A stretch of DNA of 64,000 nt from Eledone cirrhosa (taxonomy: Eukaryota): the NCBI GenBank assembly GCA_964016885.1, contig OZ024744.1, forward strand, positions 62,496,001-62,560,000, written 5' to 3'. Position numbers and translations under genes: made by a program. This document shows, one piece after another, positions 27,326 through 42,211 of the stretch (within the stretch, counting starts at the first letter, position 1; each line of letters begins with the position of its first letter). The notes under the pieces are model-generated. The model was not told the origin of the DNA and made no database searches. It saw only the letters and a program-made list of their open reading frames with translations.

Positions 27326-29185
27326 AAAAAATATATATATATATATATATATACATATACATACACACACACACACACACACATACATTAATAACAATAA
27401 TAATAATAACAATAATATGTATACACACGCACACGCATAAGCATATCTACACACACACGATAGCAACTAACAGCGCTGCCATCGAATGTGGCTTTTCAGC
27501 CCAGCCAATGATCTAAAATGTCTTGCACAGAGTCGGCAACCAAAACATTCACTGGGAATAGTCGGCTGTGGTTGGAGTTGGTGTACTTTTGCATGTCGCT
27601 TGAGTCCTCCTGCTGATTTACATTCTCTACCACATGTTTGGCAAGCATGATGAGTAGCATCTCCAACAGCAGCCTGGTAGTCAACCACTGGTCTTACTTT
27701 ATGACTGCGAAGATGACTTTCGAGTCCAGCTTTGCTTAGGCAGAGTCTCGCACAGACGCTGCATGTCAGCACCATAGGAGGACCCTCGCCGTCTGGAAGT
27801 GCAACAGCAATGCCCTTCCTCACATCCCGCTTTACTTTCTCGTATGCGATTCGAGATGCCTCAAAGGCAACTTTTCCCTCATATACAGTCTTTCTCCATT
27901 TATTACGATCAGCAGCAATATTCTCCCATGTATCAGCAGAGATGTTAGCGTCTTTCAGAGAGGCTTTCAAGGAATCCTTATACTTCTTTTTTGGTTTATG
28001 TGGTGGTCGTTTTCCTTTAACTAACTCTCCATAAAAGAGTTGTTTTGGTATTCTAGAATCCTTCATCCTGGCAAGGAGACCACTCCAACGGAGTCGTTGC
28101 TTAAGCACAAGAGCTTCTATACTGTCACACATAGAGCTTTCCAAAATCCGACATCACTGATGTGGTCCCTCCAGTGAACGCCATGGATCCGTCTGAGACA
28201 CATCTGATGGAATGCTCCAATTGCTTAAGGTGGTGTTGATATGTGACCCAGGTCTCGCAGGCATAAAGAAGACAAGAGAGAACACATGCCCTGTACACCT
28301 TTACCTTTGTCCTCCTGCATGATTCGCCGACCCCAGAGTCGCCTTTCTAGCTTTCCGAAAGCATCACTTGCTTTCCTAATCCTAAGTGAGATTTCACTGT
28401 CAAGGTTGCCGTATAGATTGACAGTGCTTCCCAGGTAGACAAACTGATCAACCACTCCAAGTCGTTTACCATACATATAGTTATTTGGTTCAGTGTACTG
28501 CTTACCAGGGGCAGGTTGGTACATGACGACGGTTTTCTTGAGACTGAGTCAATCCTAGGGCAGTGCAAGCGTCAGAAAATGCATTCCAAATGTGCTGCAT
28601 ATCACTCTCTGTGTGCGCTACAAGATCGCAATCATCTGCATACAAGAGGTCTCTTATGATTGATGTAAATACTTTTGTCTTCGCAGCAAAGCGCCTGATG
28701 TTAAATATGCTGCCTGAGGTTCGATATCGGATGTAAACACCATGCTCGCAATTCCTGATTGCAATACAGAAAACCATTGCAAAGTATATGGCAAACAGGG
28801 TCGGTGCTGGAATATCCCCCTGTTTCACTCCATTTTTTACTGAGATAGGCCCCGACATGTTACTCCCGACATTAACCCAAACCTTCATGTTGTCATGGAA
28901 AGACCTAACTAAAGCAAGGAACTTATCAGGGCAACCAAGTTTCTGGAGAACCTTCCATAATGCATCTCTGTTATCAGTATCGAAAGCTTTTGTCAGATCG
29001 ACAAAAACCTGATACAGATCCAAGCCTTGTTCCATGCACTTCTCCTGGAGCTGTCTAGCTGAGAAGATCATATCAGTAGTGCCGCGTCCAGCACGAAAAG
29101 CAGATTGACTTTCAGGAAGGACACAATCTGCAATGTGTGTCAGCAGACGGTCCAGAAGCACCCTACATAAAACTTTCCCTACGAC
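27192..29185 (-). mobile_element. 5'-truncated BovB-like RTE LINE with three C-terminal C2H2 zinc fingers
   Basis: RT motifs [46 protein letters not shown]; RLRWSG; fingers CSVC..HLRSH, CQTC..HAKVH, CRLC..SHIRWQ; several frameshifts. Confidence 0.92.
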
Positions 29186-29281
29186 ATATATATATACATA
29201 CATATATATATATACACACATATATATATATATATATACATATATATACACACATATATATATATATATATACATATATAT

Positions 29282-29372
<91 letters not shown>

Positions 29373-29413
29373 TATATATATATATATACATATATATATA
29401 CATATATATATAC

Positions 29414-29444
<31 letters not shown>

Positions 29445-29487
29445 CATATATATATACATATATATATATATATACATATATATATAC

Positions 29488-29518
<31 letters not shown>

Positions 29519-29562
29519 CATATATATATACATATATATATATATATACATATATATATACA

Positions 29563-32058
29563 TAACTTTGAATAACTTTGAAATGTTTTGGCCAGTATTG
29601 GCCCAGGCCATGTCTAACTTAATAGCACCACCTGGCGAAGTCTTTCAATTCAGGATTTGGGCACCATGGCCCATTCGAGAAGAGAATTACTGTTTGCGGA
29701 GACATATCCGGGTGTGGGTGGTTTGTCCGGGATTACTTGGAGGAATTTGTCCAAAGACTTCTTGAATTTTGTGTGGTCAGTTTCTGTTTTGACGTGTCCT
29801 GGTGTGATGTTGAAGAGAGCAGGGCCGATTGAGGTGAAATAATTGTGCCGTATTGTTGTTATGAGTTGCGATTTAGATTTTTGAATGGGACGGATAGCAC
29901 GGGGCCCAAGCCTTGGGTGTATCTTGAAGGCGATGCCAACATCATTTGGGCAGTGATGATGGAACATTTTCCACATCATGCAGATAATATAACGCTCACG
30001 GCGACGTTGGAGTGAGTAAAGTTTCAGGTTTTCCAATCGACCCCAGTAGTCAAGGTCTGACATGCCATCTATCTTTTTCGTGATTGCCCTTTGAGGAGCT
30101 TCAAGTTTCATGATACTTTGTTTCGTGTGGGGAGACCACAGTGGACAACAGTATTCAAGGTGTGGTCGGGCGAAAGTAGAGAAGAGAAGGATAATGGTGC
30201 GGGAATCTCTCGACTGGAAGGTTCTGAGGATCCAGGAACACATTCTGCGGGCCATGTCAACTTTGCTGCTTATATGCGTGGTCCAGCTTATGTTGCTGTC
30301 CACGGTTACTCCCAAGTCTCTGATGTTGTTAGATGCCACGAGAGTTTCCCCGGAGGGAAGGGAGTACGGGAGTTTCAGAGCATCCTCTTTTCCAAAGTGG
30401 ATCAGTTCGAATTTGTCTTCGTTCAGTAACATGTTGTTCTTTTCTGCCCATTGGGTAACAGCCAGTAGGTCTGACTGAAGGCTTATCCGGTCATCCACGC
30501 CATTGATGACCTTTTGGAGCTTGGAATCATCAGCGAAAATTTTAATGTTGCTGTGTTTGATGATGTCAGTGATGTCATTAATATAGATGATGAAGAGAAG
30601 TGGGCCCAACACAGTGCCTTGTGGGACTCCACTACTGACTTTGGCTGGGCTTGATTTGACTCCCTCAACTACAACATGTTGGGTTCTGTTTGACAGGAAG
30701 CTCTTGATCCACTGCAGCAGCTTTCCAGTGACACCAATATTGGACAGCTTTCTCAGTAGAATGTTATGATCAACCCTGTCAAAGGCCTTGCTGAAATCAA
30801 GGTAGATAACATCAGTGTTGGAACCCTCTCCCAAGGCTCTCAAAATGTCATCAAAGTGATGCAGTAGTTGCGTCAGGCAATCCCTTCCATTACGGAATCC
30901 ATGCTGGTTGGAGTTCAGCATATTGTTACTCTCAAGGAAGTGGGTCATTCGCGATCTCACCACTCGCTCAAATACCTTAATGATATGAGAGGTGAGTGAG
31001 ATTGGACGGTAATTCACGGCAAGGGATTTGTTTCCCTTTTTGAAAACTGGGACAACAGACTGGGATAGAAGGTTTTCTGGCACATATCCAGCATCCAGTG
31101 AGTTCCGCCACAGATTGGCAAGAGGAGAAGCAAGTTGGTGTTGACACGCCTTCAAGACACAAGCAGGGAACCTATCGGGACCTACTGCTGAATTATGCTT
31201 GATTTCCTTTATTGCCGCCAAGACATCAGGGGCGCCAAACGTTATGTCCGATAAGGTGTAATGGGGAGTAACATCGCCGATACAGCCCAGATCGGCCATA
31301 TCAGGATTGCTGAAAACAGAGCAGTATTGTTTCTGCAGTATCTCACCCATGGTTTTAGCATTGTCTTGAAGAGTGCCATTTTCATCAATTAGAGGGCCAA
31401 CAGTAGAGCCAGTGATTTTGTGTTTTTTTGCAAATGAAAAGAACACTTTGGGATTGAGTTTGATCTTCTCAATGGCCCAGGCCTCTTCAGCTCTTCTCTG
31501 ATTGTTGATGAGGGACATTATGTTGTTTTGGAGGTTATGTTTTTTAATCTCTAGTGATGAAATGGCAGTCAAGTTGATGTGTTGCTGCTGACAGTATTTC
31601 AGATTGTTGATTTTTTTGTTCGTTCTCTTAATTTTTCTGATGAGCGTTTTTCTATTTCTAGGGATTCTGCTCTTAGATTTGTTTATAGTTCTTAATGGGG
31701 TGTGTTTAGCACATATGTTTGTAACAGTGTCCACAAATGTCTGCCAGGACTTTTTGATGTTAGTGGGTGTATGAGTGTGCGTGAAGGACCAGTCGACATG
31801 TGCAAGATCATGACTGATCGCGTCCCAGTTTGCATTGTGGAAATCCATAGCGTCAAACGGATGGACAGGAGAAATGACATTGGGTTTGTATATTGGACGG
31901 TGGAATCTCAGATCACAGAGAACCATGTCATGATCAGAGAGTAGAGTTTTCTCCACTGCAATATTGTGGATATTGTCAGTGTGATTGCTGAAAATTAAGT
32001 CTAGGACGTTTTTGTGGCACCTCGTTGGTTCGAGCACTAGTTGGGATAGGAAGAAATC
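29563..32058 (-). mobile_element. 5'-truncated CR1-group LINE with an uninterrupted ~800-aa ORF2 remnant (end of APE + RT)
   Basis: LDLIFSN and LSDH (APE); [53 protein letters not shown]; stop at 29650; (TTCAAAGTTA)2 tail; (TA)n on both sides. Confidence 0.93.
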
Positions 32059-33588
<1,530 letters not shown>

Positions 33589-33924
33589 CATGGCTTAGTA
33601 GTTAGAGCATTGGCCTTGCAATCGAAAGGTTGTGAGTTCAATTCTCAGACCGGGTGATGTGTTGTTTCCTTGAGCAAGAGACTTTATTTCACATTGCTCC
33701 AGTTTACTCAGCTGTAGAAATGAGATGATAGGGACTGGGGTCCCTATCATTCCACTGCAAAGTGGTCGTGGAGGTGCCACGGCAAAAAGCACCCAGCACT
33801 CACTGTAAATGAGGTTGGTGTTAGGAAGGGCATCCAGCTGTAGAAATCATGCCAGAATCAGTTCCCGTCCCACCCTTGCAAGCAGGGAAAAGCGGACGTA
33901 AAATGAAATGATGATGATGATGAT
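33589..33924 (+). mobile_element. tRNA-CORE SINE copy
   Basis: Same family as 23257-23597, in the opposite orientation. Confidence 0.92.
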
Positions 33925-33926
33925 AC

Positions 33927-33977
<51 letters not shown>

Positions 33978-34518
33978 CATATATACATATACATATATAT
34001 ACATATATATATATATACATATATATATATACATATATACATATACATATATATACATATACATATATATACATATACATACATATACATATATATATAT
34101 ACATATACATATATATATATACATATACATATATATACATATATACATATATATACATATATACATATACATATACATACATATACATATATATACATAT
34201 ATATATATACATATACATATATATATATACATATACATATATATATACATATATATACATATACATATACATATATATACATATACATATATATACATAT
34301 ACATACATATATACATATACATATATATACATATACATATACATACATATATATATACATATATATATACATATATATATACATATACATATATATATAC
34401 ATATACATATATATATACATATATATATACATATACATATATATATACATATACATATATATATACATATACATATATATATACATATACATATATATAT
34501 ACATATACATATATATAC

Positions 34519-34552
<34 letters not shown>

Positions 34553-34566
34553 ATACATATACATAT

Positions 34567-34600
<34 letters not shown>

Positions 34601-34610
34601 ATACATATAC

Positions 34611-34665
<55 letters not shown>

Positions 34666-34736
34666 TATACATATATATACATATACATATATATATATAT
34701 ATATATACATATATATACATATATATATACATATAC

Positions 34737-34791
<55 letters not shown>

Positions 34792-34805
34792 TATACATAT
34801 ACATA

Positions 34806-34839
<34 letters not shown>

Positions 34840-34878
34840 CATATATATACATATACATATATATACATATATATATAC
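33925..34878. repeat. (AT)n/(ATAC)n microsatellite array
   Basis: Direct inspection. Confidence 0.97.
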
Positions 34879-37800
34879 ATCATCATCATCATCATCATTT
34901 TACGTCCGCTTTTCCCTGCTTGCAAGGGTGGGACAGGTCCTATTCAGCACAGCATCTCTCCACTCGTCACGGTCCCTCGTCATCTCCACCGTGAGCTTCA
35001 ATGATCTGAGGTCTGTTCTCACCACCTCCGCCCATGTTTTTCGTGGTCTACCTCTATCACGTCTTCCTTCAACTGGCATTTCCTGGCACTTCTTCACCCA
35101 TCGGTCATCCTCCATGCGCATCACATGTCCATACCACCTCAGTCTCCTCTCCCGTACACTACATTCTATCCCTCTCAGACACAGTTTCTCTCTCAACACA
35201 TTTATGCTGGGTCGTTCACGCACATTTACACTGCACATCCAACGGAGCATGCTTGCCTCATTTCTCTCCAGCCGTCGCATATCTTCTGCGGTTGCTGCCC
35301 ATGTCTCACTACCATGCAGCATCGCGCTCCTCACACAGGCATCATACAACCGGCCTTTCGTACGCAGGGAGAAACCCTTCTTCGTCAACAGAGGAAGCAG
35401 CTCCCTAAACTTCTTCCAACCCGTCCTTATTCTAGATACTATGGCCTCGGAACACCCTCCTCCCATGCTAATCTGATCTCCTAGGTACCGGAAGCTATCC
35501 ACCACTTCTATAGCGCCCTCTCGCATTTGAAAAATGTGTCTATCAGTGCGACTTCTACTGTCTAATTTCCCTGGAATTTATTCTCTAGCTCCTCTACTGA
35601 TTCTGCCATAAGAGCCAGATCGTCAGCATAGAGAAGTTCCCATGGACAGCCAGTCTTAAACTCCTCTGTTATGGCTTGGAGGACTATAATGAACAAAAGC
35701 GGGCTGAGGACCGAACCCTGATGTACTCTTACTTGTATCTGGAATTCCTCACTAAACTCCATTCCTACCCTGACTTTACTGAGAGTACCTCTGTACAAAG
35801 TTTGCACTGTCCTTACAAGCCATTCCTCAACACCCAGCTTCCTTAGGGACCACCAGAAGACAGACCGGGGTACCCTATCAAAGGCCTTCTCTAGGTCAAC
35901 AAAGGCTAAGTATAGTGGCTTATTCTTCTCTAAGAACCTCTCTTGCATTTGTCTCACCAAGAAGAGGGCATCTGTTATACTCTTCCCAGGCACAAAACCA
36001 AACTGCATCTCATCTAGTTTGATCCTTTCTCTAATTAGTTGTGCTAAAATCCTTTCTGCCACTTTCATAACCTGATCTATCAGTTTTATACCCCTATAAT
36101 TGCTCCTCTCCAAAGCATCCCCTTTACCTTTGTAGCAATTTATGAGAATACTGCTGCACCAGTCTTTGGGTATGACACCACCATATATAGCCTGATTGAT
36201 TATGCGTGCAACCAGTTTAGTGCCTACGTCCCCTGATGCCTTCAGCATCTCAGCAACTATTCCCGATGGTCCGGCCGCCTTACCATTTTTCATTTCCCTA
36301 ATCGCCTCTTGGACCCTATATTCGTCAATCTCAATAGCTGGTCCCTCTGTCGGATCTACCAAGGGTAATTTCTCTCTCTCCCATTCGTTCTCCACATTCA
36401 TCAGTCTCTCATAATGACATTTCCAGGCCTCCTTTTTCTGGTCATTCGTGACACTAAGTACACCGGCATCATCCCGGACACATTTATCACCAACAACATC
36501 CTGATTTGCATTGACACACTGCCTTGCAATGTGGAACACCGCACGCCTCTGATCTTCCCGTCGCAGAACATTGGCAAACCTCCTACTCTCTGCCTCCCTG
36601 CGTGCTAAGTACACCTGACGTCTAGCTTCTCTCTTAGTGGCTGTATATTCTTCCCTACTCCCACCCTTTTTCCAAGCCTTCCATGCTCGTCTTTTGTCTC
36701 TAATAGCCTTATCTACACTGCTGTTCCACCACCAGGTCACTCTCTGTCTGGTTGGAGCTCTGCTCCAGCCACAGGTTTCATCAGTAGCCTTCAGCAAGTT
36801 GTCACGTAAGAACTTCCAGTTATTATCTATGTCATACGTCTCTAAATCGTCTTCTTTTTCGTCATATACATCTTGAAGGGCTTTCCTAAATTTGAATTTT
36901 AGTGAAAGGTCTTTTAGCTTCCAGACCTTTCTTCTCCACACCTTCCTATATGCCTCATTCCATCTCTTGCTTACTGATATATCACTAACAACTAACCTAT
37001 GCTGTGGGGTACATTCTTCCCCAGGGTATGCCTTGGTATTAGACACTATCTGCCTGTCCCGCTGCCTAACTAGCAGGAAGTCAATCTGGCTTATGTGCTC
37101 ACCAGATTTGTAGGTTATTAGGTGATTGGCAGGTTTCTGGAAGTTTGTGTTGCAAATAGTCAATGTACTTGCATCACAAAATTCAAGAAGTCTCACTCCT
37201 TCTTCATTTCTTGAACCGTAACCGTGCCCACCATGTACCCCAGTGTAACCATCCTGGAGCTGTCCAACATGACCATTGAAGTCTCCTGCTAGCATAACGA
37301 TGTCTCCGTCCTCTGTCATTGTGGTTGTTTGCAAAAGTTGCTCATAAAAGCAGTCTTTCTCATCTTTGCCTAGGCCTGCTTGGGGAGCATAGACCGAGAT
37401 GATTGTCAGTAGTCTCCTACCTACAACTAATCTAAGCTTAATTATTCGATTACTAACTCGAACTACCTCTATTGTCTTATTGATCCATTTCTCAGCCAGG
37501 AAAATGCCTACTCCCCCTAACCCATCATCCTTACCTACCCAGAATAGCTTATAGCTAAGACGCTTGCCTACGACTAGTCTCGCAGAGGCACCTCTCCATC
37601 TCACCTCTTGCACGCAACACACATCCACCTGCCTTCTCTCCAGCATCTCCGCTATTTCAGCAGATCTACCTCTGAGAGTGCCAACATTAAGTGTTGCAAC
37701 TCTGAGATGCGACGTCTTCATATTTTTCTATGCTGTTTTGTTGCTGTGCTGATAAGCTTTTTGGCATTGATACACTGGTTGGATGCCCTTCCTAACACCA

Positions 37801-37915
37801 GCGCCACTTTACAGCATGGACTGGGTGCTTTTATTTGTGCCACCAGCACTAGAGAGGATGTCTTACTAGACTCAAGGGCCCTCTCTACTCCTCCATTTTA
37901 CAGCATGGTCATTAA
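34879..37915 (-). mobile_element. Near full-length RTE LINE (family B): 5'UTR, APE-RT ORF, ~250-bp deletion at ~35572, 3' tail
   Basis: ORF 35562-37721 (TLNVGTL, VQEVRW, YAPQ, GDFN, QIDF, YADD) plus ORF 34900-35526. Comparison with the 21055-22341 copy shows loss of RT motif 6 and the PHD. Confidence 0.95.
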
Positions 37916-38159
37916 AAAAAAAAAAAAAAAAAAAAAAACTTATTGACACGACTCACACACTAATACTCATGCATACAAACCACAACCACACATACCAACA
38001 CTCATTCATGCATACAATCACACACACCACTCACAAACATATATATATATACATATATTACCGACAGTACTGATACAAAATCAAAATCAAAGTCAAAATC
38101 GTCAAAATCACTATCATGTCAACTGTTGACCTTTCCCAGTCCAGTTCGGCTTGTATATA

Positions 38160-38500
38160 ATAACAATAACAATAATAATTGTTTGTTTACGCTGGTAATG
38201 GCGGTGGTGGATGGTATCAGCGAGGTGGTGGTGGATGGTATCAGCGTGGTGGTGGTGGATGGTCAGTGATGGTGGTGGCAGTTGTTGGTGCTGTAGTTGT
38301 TATTGTAGTTGTTACTGTTGTTGTTGTCCTTCATTTCACTGCTGCTGTTGCTGCAGACAATGGTGTTGATGCTGTTATTGCTGTCGCATATATACAAATA
38401 CATACACACACATTCAACACAGACGATGGTGTTGTTGCTGTTGTTGTTGTTGTTGTTGGTGGTGTTGCTGCTGTTGTTGTTGTAGTTGTTGCTGTGTTGA
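38160..38500. repeat. (GGT)n/(GTT)n/(GCT)n low-complexity tract
   Basis: Direct inspection; includes a ggtggtggatggtatcagcg unit repeated 2-3 times. Confidence 0.85.
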
Positions 38501-38586
38501 AATCTGGTCGCATCCACTGAGATATACATATACACACACATACACATATGTATATACACATACATACATCAAAAGAGAGTCAGCAG

Positions 38587-40435
<1,849 letters not shown>

Positions 40436-40438
<3 letters not shown>

Positions 40439-41197
40439 GAGAAATTTGGCGCAACACATAGCTAGCCACAGAAGGATATACGCAGACTAGAGAGGAACGA
40501 AGCTTGCATGCTCCGCTGGATGTGTAACAGTAATATACGTGAACAGCAAAGCATAAACGAACTAAGGAAAAAATTAGAGATAAGAGGGATCAGACGTTGT
40601 TTACTCGAGAGAAGGCTACGTTGGTATGGACACGTAATGCGCATGAAAGTCGATAGCTGTATAACAAAGTGCAGGGCAATAAAGATAGACGGTAGTCACG
40701 GCATAGGCAGACCTAGAAAAACCTGGGACGAGCTGATAAACTCCGATATCACACACTTACACCTCTCCAAGACAATGTCACTGGACCGAGACCTTTGGCG
40801 GTACTCAGTAACAGAGAAGACCCGCCTTGCCAGTAGGCATCTCTAACAAAATACACCCCGTCCCGCCACCACCCCCACCCCATCCACACCACCCCGTTCT
40901 ATGTAAAGTTATGTTGGTGCCGCGCCATCCAGGCCGAAACAAATGAGATCGTGTAGGTGTCACGACAAAAAAACACACAGTCCACGCTGTAATGTGGCCG
41001 TGTAGGCAACACGGTAAAAACCTCCCAGACCCACACTGTAAATGTGGTTGGTGTTAGGAAGGGCATCCAACTGTAGAAAACCTGCCAGACAGTCCTATGC
41101 GAGCAAGACAATCACTCTTGCCTCAAGTGGGACTACCCCCGTCCAAACCCATGCAAGCGTGGAACACGGACGTTAAACGTTGATGATGATGATGATG
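40436..41197 (+). mobile_element. RTE family C 3' fragment (ORF end + 3'UTR); its last ~75 bp recur at 41374-41446
   Basis: ORF 40508-40846 ([16 protein letters not shown]); (GAT)n tail. Confidence 0.92.
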
Positions 41198-41209
41198 ACA
41201 TATATATAC

Positions 41210-41255
<46 letters not shown>

Positions 41256-41485
41256 CCAAATTTATTTCCTTCATTTTTTTTTTATTCATTTGTTTGTTAA
41301 ATTTAATTAATCAAATGTTTTATTTTCTTTCCATGTATGTTGGATGAATAGACCTTTTTTTTAAAAATATTTTGCCTCAAGTGGGACTACCCCCGTCCAA
41401 ACCCATGCAAGCGTGGAACACGGACGTTAAACGTTGATGATGATGATATATATATACACATATATATATATACATATATACATAT

Positions 41486-41650
<165 letters not shown>

Positions 41651-41657
41651 TATATAC

Positions 41658-41764
<107 letters not shown>

Positions 41765-41821
41765 CATATATACATATATATATATATATACATATATACA
41801 TATATATATATATACATATAC

Positions 41822-42047
<226 letters not shown>

Positions 42048-42059
42048 ATATACATATAC

Positions 42060-42156
<97 letters not shown>

Positions 42157-42173
42157 CATATATATATCTATAC

Positions 42174-42209
<36 letters not shown>

Positions 42210-42211
<2 letters not shown>

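Noticed and set aside
38179-38565. GGGGWYQR-repeat and poly-N/poly-T ORFs
   Set aside because: Simple trinucleotide tract with no splice or homology support.
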